A stretch of 62,736 nt of DNA, counting the filler, from Basidiobolus ranarum (lineage: Eukaryota), in the NCBI GenBank assembly GCA_040143965.1. It is 18 parts of 18 records of this genome, joined end to end, with 100 filler letters (N's around TTAATTAATTAA, not from the genome) between each part and the next. Parts side by side here need not be neighbours in the genome. Positions count along the whole stretch, not along the records: positions 48,908 to 52,292 come from JASJQH010002524.1; positions 52,393 to 55,775 come from JASJQH010002525.1; positions 55,876 to 59,256 come from JASJQH010002526.1; positions 59,357 to 62,736 come from JASJQH010002527.1; 14 more parts are not named here. One strand, given 5' to 3'. The position numbers and the translations under genes were made by a program. Below the pieces are notes generated by a model. The model had not been told where the DNA came from. It saw nothing but the letters and a program-made list of their open reading frames with translations, and did no database searches. Below, one piece after another: positions 49,510-62,736 of the stretch (the first letter of the stretch is position 1; each line of letters begins with the position of its first letter).

Positions 49510-52181
49510 ATTGCATTATCCATTATACTCATGTGGAATTTACTTAGAAGTTCTCAGATATATAGATTCTTAAAACTTGTCTTGGAAGCCCCAGACTTTG
49601 CACACATGATGCTAGGACCTTGCTTAATAAATCCTACATGTTGGTTTGCTTACATCTTGACAAAACTATAAATGTGAACTTTTAACTGAAAAAATCAATA
49701 AGTGAAAACCACCAATTTCTCTAATTCTCCAAACTACCCCAAACATGCTCCCAAATATTTTAATGGGTTATAAACCCCAAGCTTGCTCTCTCTGTAGTGT
49801 CTACTTCTCAAACTTATAGAACTTTTCCCTCTTCTTAAAAATTGGATGGAACTAACTATCAAGATTGAAAAATTAAAATAAGAATGCTGCTGCAAGAAAA
49901 AGGACTTTGGGACACTGTTGTAGGAGAAAAAAACAATGCAAAACTATCTGAAATCAAAGTTTTAATCCAGGTTAAAAAAGAACAAAGTGCCGTCACAAAA
50001 TTTATCTTAATGTTAAAGACAAATTGCAATTCAATGTTCAAGGGCCAAGACTGCCAAGAAGGTATGGAAAGCCTTGGAAGACACCTTCCAAACAAGTTCT
50101 GCTGCCAAAAAGATGGTTCCAAGAAGACAATTGTTTAAGTTAAAGATGAAGCCAGGAGAAGACATTTAATCACCAATTAATAGAGTTACTATTTAAGTAG
50201 ATGAAATGGAATGCATTGGAGTACCTACTACTGATCAAGATATCATTGTTACAGTCTTGAATAGCCGGCCACACAAGTTTCAGAGTCTAGTAATGGCTCT
50301 AGAATCAAGAAATGAAAATATGACCTTAAATTATGTATTTGGCAGACTTCTGGATGAAGATTTATGCAAATTGGGATCCAACCAAAAGAATGAAGAAAAT
50401 GCATCAATGGGCTATGTGAAACCTTCCTATAAAGGCCAAACACACTTTAAGAAGAAAGATAACACATTCTGTGATTACTGCACAAGAACTGGCCCTCTAA
50501 GCAAAGATTGCCTCAAAAGAATTGAAAAAGAAGATAAACATACTGAATCTGGAAATATGACTACAACAGAAGATCACATGTTCATATCTGCTCTATCAAT
50601 GACTGTCAACAAGGATAGTCAGATGTGGTATATTGATGCTGGAGCCTCCCAACATTTCTCAAATAAAAACCATTGGTTTGTGGATTATGAAAAATCCCAA
50701 TTAGAAAGGATTTCATGGGAGATGACTACTCTTTGGAAACTATTGGAATGGGAACAATTCTAGTCAATTTAACTGGAGCTTATGACCAGAAAGTGTATAA
50801 TCTTAAAGGTGTGCTACATGTTCCAGATATTGCCAAGAATTTAGTATCTGAAAGCAAGGCCACCTTTGAAGAGCCAAAATTCAATTTTGGTAAGACAGGA
50901 TGTGCCATCACTGATCAAAATGGGATTATTTAACTTTGGGAGAACAGGATCAGAGTATACACAAACCTACATTTATTCCAAGAGTTTTATGCTTAAGCAT
51001 AAGTTATTACAATCAAAAAACTGTTCAATTATGGAAGAAGAGATGTGGCCATGTTGGATTTGATTCATTGAGATAAATGATCACAAATTGCCTAATTTCT
51101 GGAATTCAAATTAACCAACCAACCAAAATGGAAATTTGTGAGGGTTATATATAGAGAAAACAAGTCAGGCAACTATTAAAGAGCTCTGCTTTAATCAAAT
51201 CTGTCAAAAAATTGGATCTAATTCATTCAGATTTGTGTGGACCTATGCAAAATTTATCTTTAGGTAGAAAATCATGTTTAATCACATTTATTGGCTATTA
51301 TGGAAGATACACTTGGGCCTACTTTATGGAAAGACAAGAACAAGCTATCACCATATTCAGAGATTTTAAAACACTTGTGGAGACTGAAACTGGAACTAAA
51401 GTCAGGAAAATAAGTACTGATAATGATGCAGAATATACTTCAACAATATTTAAGCACTTTTACAAAGTTCACAGAATTAAGTAAGAAAATACTTTTCCCT
51501 ATTCACCTCAACAAAATGGAGTTGCTGGCAGAGCTAACAGGATTAGGATAGAAATGGCAAGATCTGTGATAATTGCACAAAATTTATCTCATCACTTTTG
51601 GGCAGAATCTGTTGCAACAGCTGTATATCAGAAGAATAGGAGTTTTACTAGAAGTCTGTCTATATCTACACCATATCAAGCTTGGTTAGGAGTTGATCCC
51701 TGTGTAAAACATTTGAGGATCTTTGGATGTATTGTTTATGCCAAGATTATGACCAAAAATTGGTCTAAATTTGATCCAAAAAGTAAGAAATGAATATTCT
51801 TGGGTCATTGTACTCAACTAAGCCCTACAGACTTTACAATACCAAATGTTCAAAGTTAATCAAGCCCAGCAATGTTTTGCTTAATGAAAATGAAACATTT
51901 TTACCCAACATTATCTCAGATGATGATAAAAGCAATTTTCTCCTGATCCAATCATTCAAATTGATCCAAACCAAAACAATGAAGGAAATAGCATTCCTGT
52001 GAGCACTTCAACCAAAATCTGCCTACTGATGTACCCAATACAATGCCAGAAGCTATAGTACCCTTATCACAAACCAGGAGGTCAAATTGGATCAAAAATA
52101 GCCCTAATTACTATATCAATGAGTTCCAAAATTGGGCCTATGCCTGCACAGCTCAAATACATGAACCCCAGACTGTAAAAA
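49510..52181 (+). mobile_element. Ty1/Copia element: LTR A, degenerate PBS, gag, protease, integrase (decayed)
   Basis: WYIDAGASQHF, DLIHSDLCGPM, STDNDAEY, PQQNGVA and FWAESVATAVY..NR occur in Copia order. Interrupted by LTR D at 52182. Confidence 0.93.
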
Positions 52182-52392
52182 TGTTGAAGTTTATTGTCTT
52201 TATCATATTTGTTATCTCTATCTTTATACACCTAACTATTTCATATATCACATACAAGTTAGTTAACATTACTTAGTCAAATATCACTTAGCNNNNNNNN
52301 NNNNNNNNNNNNNNNNNNNNNNNNNNNNNNNNNNNNTTAATTAATTAANNNNNNNNNNNNNNNNNNNNNNNNNNNNNNNNNNNNNNNNNNNN

Positions 52393-53700
52393 TCAAACAA
52401 GTAAGTCCAGATAACTTTGAGGACTTGCTGCTAGATGTTGATCTAGGTTATTTAGATACTGATGGTAGTATATTAGAAGTTGAAGAAGAAGACAACGGTT
52501 TTGTTACAGACTCTTTGTTATTGGCAAACATTTGTCCACTCATTATACTTACTGTAAAGGAAGCAGCCTTGATTATTGAGGAAGGGAGAGTTCAATCCAA
52601 TCTTAGCAACCAGGTGTTTATTGGTTTTCTTACACTTTTACCACAGTTGATTGGCAACTGTTGCTTGCCACAAACCAGATACAAACAAACTGCAAGCTAG
52701 ACTGGACAAGCCAATGCATACCACAGCTCATTGAGCTCAAGCCACAACTCATGCTGGCCAAGAGAGAGGAACTTCAGTGGGGTCAAACTGACCACCTCAG
52801 TGCAGAGATTCAAGCAAAGTTCCTTCTGTGGAAATATCAAGGAGACAAGAAAAGTAACAGAAGCAAATCAGCATATGCTGCTTCATACCTAGGCAACTGC
52901 GGAATACTCCTGTTAATACCTACATTTTCTTATCTTTACTGCTTAGCACATCATGCAAAATCAATTAGGATTGCAGTTAAATATAGCATAAATTGTTTTA
53001 GTTGGATCATGATTGCTACTGTCTTTATGAAACACTGATAGCATGAAATCATCATATATCAAAAAAATTAATCATAGCCTATAAATACAAGTGATTTCAC
53101 TACAATTAAATGAAAAATGTCCGTCAATAAAAAGCTTGTGCAGCCATATTGGCTCAGTATGGCTCAATCCATTCACATTCTCACCCAATTAGAAGCTTAC
53201 ATGATTGAATGAATAATGTGCTGATCTAAAAACAATAAATCAGGTGATCCTGATCACTACTATCATGCTCCCAATTGATCCATCAAGTGCTGTGATTTGT
53301 CACCGGTGTGCCAAAACTATTGGTGTTTTGTAATGCAGGAGCCATTGGGCTCAATTGCAAATCAGAATACTGTGTTAATGAGGGACAAATGATTGGCCTA
53401 AATACATATGAATGTCTTGGTTATACATTTGATTGGGTAAGTAACAATATAAACTGTCAATTGTTACACATTCAATAATTTGTAAGTTACAAACTAGGGG
53501 ATGAACTTGCTTTGTAGTTACCCAAAATCTTAATTTGGCAATACTAAATTGGGTAACTTGGCATGGGCTAGCACAATATCTCCAATAAAATCATCATGTC
53601 TGATTGTTGTGGGATAGTTCCATATTGTTCCTTATAGTGTCCAATTGAGTGTTGTAGGACCCAGCCATGCTAATTGACAGATTGCACCAGATGGTGTATT
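52393..53700 (+). mobile_element. Probable decayed transposon (possibly CACTA transposase N-terminal region)
   Basis: CpG-poor, stop-riddled sequence with an acidic stretch and an LPQTRYK motif. No clean frame. Confidence 0.3.
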
Positions 53701-53781
53701 AGCAGGCTGGATCAAGCAGCACAATCTGACCTGGTCTGATGGAACAAGTCTACTTTATATGACTATTGAGTTGAGAGAGAG

Positions 53782-54129
53782 TGTTAAAACTTGCATTGCC
53801 TAAACACCTATATATTCATATACAGCTTAGTACTTAGTTATCCTATGATTCACCAAGATATTATCCATTATTCTGTATTGGAATTTAGTTGCAATATTTT
53901 TACCAACTCAAAGGTTCTCAGATATACATATTTTACAAGCTTGTGCTAGAAGCCACAAACTTTGGACACAGGTTTCTGGGACCTTCCTTAACACTTTCTA
54001 CATGTTATTTTACTTACTTCTTGTCAAAACTATAAAAGTCAACTTTTTATTCAATAAAGCAATAAGTCAAAACCATCAATTTCTGTAATTCTCCAAACCC
54101 CTTCCAACAGGCTCCCAAATACATTAGCA
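53782..54129 (+). mobile_element. LTR family A preceded by a polypurine tract
   Basis: GAGAGAGAG PPT followed by TGTTAAAAC...TTAGCA. Confidence 0.8.
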
Positions 54130-54379
54130 GTAGATAACCTGTCTTCAATGTCTGTTCCCCAAGCAACATCTTAATATCCCATCCAATCAAAGTTTAATGC
54201 CAAATATATGTATATTAAGCACAGATCCATGGTTACTTTCAAATATCTGAAAATCTACTTAACTGCTTTGATCAGATCAGATCCATATTCTTGAACACAT
54301 TGGTACACAGCTCTTACAGAATATGCAACATATTCCTATGTCCCAACCATGATAAAGATCCCACCACCAATCATATATC

Positions 54380-55580
54380 AGAACTGCTCCATTTTATTGA
54401 GCCAGACTCATCTAGCTAAAAAGTGCGCTGGTACAATTTGGCCTTATCTGGCATGGTGTTATTAACCACTTGACAAGTTGTGGTTTAATACATTTGATAT
54501 ATATAGAAAAAGTGCTTTTGTCATTATATCACATTCTAAAAACAATGAAAGATTTATTCATGGTATCTTAAGTAAGGAGCCCTTAGTGGATAACTCTGGG
54601 TATGAACATGTTGAGAATCAATCAAGATTTTGACTACTTTGCCTAACTTTGATTGAGTGCCACAGATACTATCCTCTATACTTTCCAGCAACATTTGTAT
54701 CATGGGACATATCCCAGTTCTAGCCTCTTATGAGATGTGGCACATCCTACCCTTGGGCATTCTTCTCAAATGTAGCCCTCACAAAAATAAAATCAATTTG
54801 ATCCACATTGGGTCCACCCTTCTGGAGCACAAAACTATGAGAGGACCATTACAGTAACAGTGGATTGCATTCTGCCAGAGACTTTGTAATTATTATTGTA
54901 TCTTCTTAATGGTATTATGATGCCAATCATACATGGTGAGATATTTACCCTCATATCTAGTATGCATTATTCAACTTCCAGAAATTATTAGAAAAACCAA
55001 ATTCTGAATGGCAAATTATGGGTTTACTTCTATAAGAATTTGGATTAATATGCATACCTTTATTTAGATATATAGGGCTTAATTTTCAACCACAATGATA
55101 ATCAAAAAGTATAAGAATCTTGTTGTGTCTAGTCCTTACATATGCACATACTTGACTGAGCAGACATAACTCAACAATATGAAAATGCTTTACCATCAAA
55201 CTAATGTTGGAAAATTGCTAAACATTTCAAATTTAGAGTAGCACTGACACTTGGCAAATAGCTGACTATTGTTACCATTGACAATGAGAATAGACTCTTG
55301 GATTTTGGCAAATTTCTGTAGAGAGTTCAACCAAAATATTCTCAACTGGCAGACATCAAATATCCATTCACAAGTAGATATGTCATTACCTGAATATATT
55401 ACCCCATGGCTAAAGCAACACCACTGCATATCTTGTTGCTGCTTTTGTGCTCAAACAATATGAAAACCAATGAGGGCATTTGTGAGAGCCCTTTGTTGGA
55501 ATGTTGATATGGTGTGGAGACTCCTTAACCCCTTACATCCTGTTGATGTCTGATTTTGCTGTTATACTTTGAATCAGACT
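54380..55580 (-). mobile_element. CACTA/EnSpm-like transposase relic
   Basis: Nucleotide similarity to 47300-48200, 61420-62250 and 34510-34853. Confidence 0.65.
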
Positions 55581-56179
55581 ATTGAATGTATATATGTGCT
55601 AAAAGTATTTAGGGGATTTGGAAGTGTTTTGGACAAGATTTTGATTTGTGAATTAGACACTTAGGTTTTATTGAATTGAATATGTCCTATTTATAGTTTA
55701 CTATGAAATAGGACTATTGGACATGCTTAGATCATAACAAACATGCCTGTTAAGCATGGGTGAAAATTTGAGGTGNNNNNNNNNNNNNNNNNNNNNNNNN
55801 NNNNNNNNNNNNNNNNNNNTTAATTAATTAANNNNNNNNNNNNNNNNNNNNNNNNNNNNNNNNNNNNNNNNNNNNGCTCATCTTACTCTCATAGATGTCT
55901 GAACACAACCCCAGTGTTAGTTTTCTGTATTTCCACCAAAAAGTATAAATGCTTTATTTCTGGACAATAAATAATTATCTCACAAAGCTATTCACAACTC
56001 CAGTTTTCTAAAGTTCCTCCAATCAGCCCATATTTTCCCAATAAAAACCACCAATTCTCCTAATTCTCCAAACAACTTCCAACAGGCTCCTAAATACTTT
56101 AACAAGTCTGCTAATGGTTTTGTGCTCTAGAAGGGTGGATTCAATCCAAATCAAATTGATTTTATTGTTGTTAGCAATT

Positions 56180-56900
56180 TGCAAGAAATCCCACATTTCT
56201 TACTAAAAGCATATATATAGACATTTTTTATTAGAAAAACTATGGATAATTGGTATATTAACTTGACTTGTTGTTTGACAGAAACCATAATTGCTTATAT
56301 ATCAACTAAACTATTTGCTAGGCAGCAATCTGAAAGGTTTGGACCTTCCTTAGGAACAGCCCATATGACTATATAGTTGAGGGAGAGTTTTGAAACTAAC
56401 ATTGCCAAACACCTTTATACTTATGTAAAGCTTGGAATATTTTTACTCAGTTAGAAGTTCTCAGATATATATATTTTTCAAAGAAGCCCCAAATTTTGAA
56501 CATATGTTCCTAGGACCTCTTTTAACACATTGTACATGTTAGTTTGTTTACATCTTGACAATACTATAGATGTCAACTTTCTATGCAATAAAGGAATAAG
56601 TGAAAACCACCAATTTCTCTGATCATCCAAATCACTTCCAACAGGCACAGAAATACTTTAACAGGTTATGATACCCAAGCTTGCACTCTCTCTTATGTCT
56701 ACTTCTAAATATCTTGAGCTTTTCTCTCTTACACAAAATTGGATTAAACTAACTTTCTAGTTGGGAAAATTCAAATGAAAATGCTGCTGTAAGAAAAAGG
56801 ACTTTGGGATACTGTTGTTGGCAAAGAAAACAATGGAAATCTCTGTGAAACCAAAGTTTTACTCTAGGTTAAAAAAGAACAAAGTTCCTTTAACACAACT
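56180..56900 (+). mobile_element. Copia RNase H tail, PPT, LTR A (about 56388-56663), PBS and gag start
   Basis: ISTKLFARQQSE remnant, GAGGGAGAG PPT, the LTR, GGTTATGATACCC, then the gag start KIQMKMLL. Confidence 0.75.
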
Positions 56901-58806
56901 GGCTTATCACCTTATCTACAACTTTCTTTTGTATGAAAAGCTACCTAGCATTTGCAGAATGTTGGTCCTAGCTATTTTGAAGACTTTGTGTCTACTCTGA
57001 TATAAGAAGCTTTCTATTCCCATATTTTATACTGGTAGGGGTCTACCTTACTACAGCCCAACCAAGTTACTTACTTTACCATCTCCTTATCATAATAGTG
57101 CCAATCTTTGCTAATCTCAAGTGCCATAGTAGTTGCTATATGTATTAGTAAAATCTTCTCCTGAGAGAGCTCCAAGACCACACTCTAACTGCTTCTGTGA
57201 TTTATTAAGGTTAAGAAACTTTCTATCCCTTTTGCTATACTAAAGTAAGAGATGTACTTACCGATGTATCCCTATCGTTAGTGTTTATTCTCTCCTACAT
57301 TTGGCTAAGGGTTAAGATTTTGGATTAAGTTAAAATATTGTTCTTTCTTTTCAACTTTGACATGCATCTACAATATGGTACAGCTTGCCTTCTATGTTCA
57401 ACGATTAGATATTATCTAGAATAAACAAAACATATGAGCATAAACGAGCTCAACTCTGATGTTCAACAGTTTCCTTGAACTCAATAAAATTGTGGTATAA
57501 TCATAGTAGGTTGACGTTCCTGTATTATCCAAGATTCATATTTGGAGTAGCAGCTAATAGAGATGGCCACCAACTCTAGTTCATAGTTTAAGCAACCGTA
57601 CCTGATTTGAAGTATCCATGACAGTGATTCATTTCGCAACGATCACTTGTTTCCAAATAATGATTCATAATTATAGGTCTCTATTTCTGGAGTGAATTCC
57701 AGTTTGGTTTAATAAAAGAGCGGATAAACATGGATTCTGAATGTATACAAGCACTATCATGATTACTTATTCCTAAGTAGATATATATAGTTTGCTAAAC
57801 TCGGCATATAGCAATGAGTCTTATGATGGAAGTAATACAAATCCAGTTTCCAACTAATAAGAAAGTGGCATCGTGTATTTTATCTCCCAGTCCACCACGT
57901 ATCGTGTTACCCCCTCTGAGTAACCATACGACAGGCTCGGCTCTGTTTCGAAGCCAGATTGGAACCGATATATTATGGAAGAGTTATTGTTAACTTGCTT
58001 TGTCAATTAGGAAACGTAAGCCAAGAGAAATTGCTGGGATTTTTCACATCATGGATCAGGTCAGGTTGAATTAGAGACACGATTGATCTAGTGGTGACAA
58101 TACTTTCAACTAATTACGTTGGCGTACCAAATGCGAAGATTTATCGATTTGCTGGAAGGACAAATGAATTGGATGTTACTCATGTTATATGCAAATCAAA
58201 ACCTTAATGACGACCCCAGGAGTTACTATGACTGAATGAGATTGCTCTGGCCGGTCAAATGGTGTCAATAGGTTCTCATACATAGAGTCGAGATGTTGAT
58301 CCCGTACTGAATCTAAATTCCATTGATTAATCAAATCAGATTTAATGTGATTGGAGCGGGCAATGTACTCCCGACATCATATGTGAAATAAAACTGGATA
58401 TCTGCCTGATTTCACCTTGAAATAAAGCTTGTAGATCTGACTTAATTGAAGTCACTACTACACTCGCTATTCAGAGGCTGCCATTACACACCGAAACCCT
58501 TGTTGTCATATATGATATTGTGGCTGGTTTGACCATGAAATGTTACAATGTTGAGGGCATATTGGTGACTATCATGGCCATCACTACTTACATGTTCTTG
58601 AGAAAAATGCCCCAACCTTATGTAAACGCTTATTACCACTAGCTACTGAGTACTGAGAAGTAAACAAGCTATTGGTTCAAAATGTATGATAGTCATATGT
58701 GAGTTTAGTGGGTATTTGGTTGCTTCGAAATGGCAAGTCTGGTTGAATAATTAGAGATGAATCTAGCTCATGTTTATTGGCCATAAAGTGTGTTTCTAGA
58801 CCCTAC

Positions 58807-59256
58807 TCAGTAACTATTTCTATGACGTCTTCTTCTGGGGTTGAATCCAAAATTAGGAACGAATTCTTTTGGACTGAAGCCAAACCCTCCTGTCTGGAAG
58901 AAACCGGGTTGGAAGAAATTCTTCGCATTGAAGTATCTACTACCACCGTCTTTCCGTACGTCAAAGGTGACTTTCGAGAAGTTTTTCACCTCGTCAATAG
59001 GGATCTTGAAGTAATTATCACAAACATATTTACGAGTAAATTCAGCTGACTGCATGACGGTTCTGGTCCATTGCGCTGGGCAAATTGGCGAGACATAGTT
59101 ACTATCCAAGTTGATTGTAGTAATTATATCAGCATGACGCTTTTCAGCCCGTCTCACTTTGGATTTGTTGAAACCCATCATCTTAATCCACTTATCGGTC
59201 AGTGGACATGGTTTACGTAACTTGAACCTACTAGCTTTTACTCACTATGGCTGACC
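58807..59256 (-). CDS. Hypothetical protein, 3' exon(s), 5'-truncated
   Basis: A 124-aa terminal exon with a G/F-rich, Arg-rich tail. It is preceded by an intron at 59182-59245 (GTGAGT...ACTGAC...AAG). CpG content is gene-like. Confidence 0.55.
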
Positions 59257-59356
59257 NNNNNNNNNNNNNNNNNNNNNNNNNNNNNNNNNNNNNNNNNNNN
59301 TTAATTAATTAANNNNNNNNNNNNNNNNNNNNNNNNNNNNNNNNNNNNNNNNNNNN

Positions 59357-61410
59357 AATTTGTCTTAATATTAAAGCCCATTTGCTAATTCAATGTTCAA
59401 AAGCTGAAACTGCCTAGAAGGTATGGAAAGCCTTGCAAGACACCATCCAAATGTGGTCTGCTGCCAACAAGATGTTTCTAAGAAGACAATTCTTGAACTT
59501 AAAGTTTATCTTAAAGCAGAAAAAGATACTTAATCACATTTGTTGAATATCATACAAGATATACTTAGGTACAGTTTTTGGAAAGAAAAGAAGACGCACT
59601 CTCCATATTTGAGGATCCTGAAATAACTGTGGAGACTGAAACAGGAACTAAAAACAAGAAAATAAGTACTGATAATGATGGAGCACATACTTCAACACTA
59701 TTTAAGCACTTTTGCAAAGTTAATGGAATTAAGCAAGAAACTGCTGGCCTTTATTCACCTCAGCAAAATGGATTTGCTGAAAGAGCTATCAGGATTACAA
59801 TAGGAATGGCAAAATCTATGCTAAATGCACAAGATTTATCTCATAACTTTTGGGTAGAATCTGTTGTTACAGCTATGTATCTGAAGAATAGGAGTTTGAC
59901 TAAAAGTTTGTCTAACTCTACACCATATCAAGCTTGGTTTGGAGTTAAACCTGATGGAAAACATTTGAGGATCTTTGAATGCATTGCTTATGTCAAAATT
60001 ATTACCAAAAATTAGTCTAAATTTGATGCAAGAAGTAAGAAATACATATTTCTGGGTTGTTGTACTAAAACTAAGGCCTGCAGACTCTATGATACCAAAA
60101 TTTCTAAGCTAATCAAGTCCAGGGATGTTTTGCTTAATGAAAATGAAACATTTTTACCCAAAATGATCTCAGATGATGACAAAAATCAATTTTCTCATGA
60201 TCCAATTGTTCAAATCAATTCAAACCAAAACAGTGAAGAAAATAGCATTTGTGTTGACCCTTCAACCATTATTTTGTCTAGTTAAGAACTATGATGGATT
60301 TGGCAAGATCTATTTCAAACACATACAATGACTCTCCTAACTTTTGGGTTGATACTACCACTACTGCTCTATATCTGAATAATAGGAGATTTACTAGTTG
60401 TTTCTGTATCTCTACATCATATCAAGCTTAATTTGGAGTTAAACCTGATGTAAAACATGTGAGGATCATTGGATGCATTGCCTCTGTCAAATATTTGACA
60501 AAAATTGGTCTAAATTTGAGCTAAAAAGTAAGAAATGTATATTTCTGGGTTATCATACTCAAACTAAGGCCCACAGACTCTGTGAAACCAAAATATCCAA
60601 GTTAATCAAGTCCAAGGGTGTCTTGTTTAATGAAAATGTAAGATATTCTTCCAAAACAACATCAGAAGATGACCAAAATCATATACTCCTGATCCAATCA
60701 TGCAAATCAATTCAAACCAAAACAGTGAAGAAAATAGCATTTGTATAGACCCTTGAACCATTATTTTGCCTACTGAAGTGCCCAATAAAATGCCAGAAGG
60801 TATAGTGCCTGTATCCCATACTGGGATATAAATCACATAAGAAATAGCCATGATTAGTATATTAATGTGTTACAAGATTGAGCCTATGCCAGCACAGCTC
60901 TAATGGATGAGTGACTAACTGTGAAAGTGGCCATGATTGGCTGTCACACAAACTTTTGAAGAATTGCAATAGCCAATGAGTACCGGCCTTGGATTGATTA
61001 TCAAACTTGGATTTTATCCAACTTACAAGAATCAATTGGTGGCCAATGGTTGGCTAAGGTTAAATACAACACTGATGGCAATATAGAATTGTACAATGCT
61101 AGACTAGTGGCCAAAGGTTATTCTTAAGCAGAAGGAATAGAATATTCCAAATCTTATGCTCCTGTAGCAAAGTGCAATTCAATGCAATTGATTTTAGCAA
61201 TTTCAGGTCAATATCATTTTTTTATACAACAAATGGATGTTAAAAGGCTTTTTTGAATAGTGAGCTTCCTGACAATATCTATATGGGCAAGCCAGACAGA
61301 TTTCTGGACCCATAAAACCCTACAATAGCTAGAAGACTCTGGAAAATACTCTATAGCATAAAACACTCTCCAAGAGCCTGGAATTGCAAGATAGATACTT
61401 TTTTCCCTAA
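59357..61410 (+). mobile_element. Ty1/Copia gag-integrase-RT relic with an internal duplication
   Basis: YSPQQNGFAER, FWVESVVTAMYLKNR and ARLVAKGYS motifs. The integrase C-terminal region is present twice (about 59900-60270 and 60390-60770). Confidence 0.9.
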
Positions 61411-61419
61411 CAGAAAAAA

Positions 61420-62736
61420 ATCAATTTGATATAGATTGGATCCACCCTCTAAGATAGCAAAACCATCAGAGAACCATCACAATATTGGTGGCTGGCATTC
61501 TACTAGGGATTTTGATGGTGTGACAGTGGTCTCTTGATGGTATTTTGACAGTATTAACACATTTAGAAATATTGATCCTCACATTTGGCTAGAGCAATAC
61601 AATATCTGGCAATTTTTGCAAAAATCTAATTTTTGAATGGCCAATTACTGGGTTTGCCACTGTAAGAATTAAAATTAATATGCATGCCTTTATTTAGCTA
61701 TTTTAGGCTTTTTATTCAAGCCATAATGAGAATCAAAAAACACATGAATATTGATATGTTTAGTCTCCACATATGCACAAACTTGACTGATTGGACATAA
61801 CTCAACAACATAAATATTCTTTACCTGCAAACTAACAGTGGAAGAATTGCTAAACATCTGAAATTTTGAATAGCACTGACACTAGGCAAATAGCTGACTC
61901 TTGTTACAGTTCACAATGAGAATATGTCTTGAATATTGGCAAATTTCTGAAAAGAATTCAGCCAATTTATCCCCAACTTGCAGTCAACAAATGTCCTGCC
62001 ACAAGTAGTTGTGTCATTGCTTGAATAGATTACCCCATCTATCTCACCAAGAAGTCTGTCTTGCAGCTATCCTAAAAATACCATCAGATTTTCACACAAA
62101 CAAATTAGTCTGAATTATAGAGATACTTACTCTGTGTCCATGGATTGAGCTTTGTTGGTGTTATTATTCTCAAACAATGCAAAAACCCATGAGCACATTG
62201 AAAAGAGCCCTTTGTTTGAAGGTTAATCTATTCTGGAGTCTCCTTAACCCATTGCATTCCATCCATCACTAATTTTGCTGATATATTGTTAATCAGATTA
62301 GCATAGGGTAATATTGCAATTTCACACAGAGCTTCATTTCACTGCAGATGCACTCCATTGGAAACTCCCAGAATTTATAGCAAGGGCCTATAATCTCTAA
62401 GTATTGTGAAAGATGCAGCAGGGTATGTATTGAATACTGGCACAGATCCAGTCTATCTTTTTTAAACCTGTAATAAAGTTTTTCATATCCAATGACAAAA
62501 TCTTTGCACAGTTGCTGTATCTGCCTGAGATCTGCCAATGTGAGTTGGCGCCACAAGAATATATTAACAATATCAACAAACAACTCCCAATGTTGCAATA
62601 CTAATCAGGCAGAAATCTTTTCAAGATTCCACTTGAATATATACAAATCCAATACTTCCAGTCTTTGCATTTGAATAAATGCATAGATGAGTGGATATTG
62701 ATGGGAGTCCTGGTAAAATATGATGGTATCTTGACG
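61420..62736 (-). mobile_element. CACTA/EnSpm-like transposase relic
   Basis: ORF 62293-62598 reads FVIGYEKLYY...IHTLLHL...GPCYKFWEFPMECIC. Confidence 0.7.

Noticed and set aside
3402-59356. Regularly spaced TTAATTAATTAA palindromes about every 3.5 kb, resembling a periodic repeat or CRISPR-like array
   Set aside because: They are embedded in N runs of fixed length and are artificial six-frame-stop linkers between size-sorted contigs.

Overview
This window is not one locus. It is 18 short contigs (about 3.38-3.40 kb each, in decreasing size order) joined by artificial 100-nt spacers (N44-TTAATTAATTAA-N44), so adjacency across a spacer carries no biological meaning. The DNA is eukaryotic and fungal, with short ~60-nt GT-AG introns, CTAAC/CTGAC branch sites and an AT-rich composition. 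An early-diverging lineage such as Basidiobolus is plausible, but that is inference only. Much of the sequence is decayed, CpG-depleted transposons: Ty1/Copia elements with a Ty5-type half-tRNA-iMet PBS, at least four LTR families, and CACTA/EnSpm-type transposase relics. Host genes are a complete 4-exon HSF-domain transcription factor, an Ecl1-family gene, partial Bem46/ABHD13, UNC-93-like MFS, PAQR/Izh and ankyrin genes, two tandem A-T-TE NRPS-like (atromentin-synthetase-like) gene ends, and Nup170/155 and Rds1-like pseudogenes. The standout is contig 38444-41833, a cluster of three secreted Kex2-processed repeat precursor genes. All three would release the same invariant 14-mer, DLHDLCGRWFCGHT. 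It has a potential six-residue disulfide ring and an N-terminal ATCUN (D-L-H) copper-binding motif unmasked by processing, shows strong purifying selection, and two of the genes share a promoter motif.
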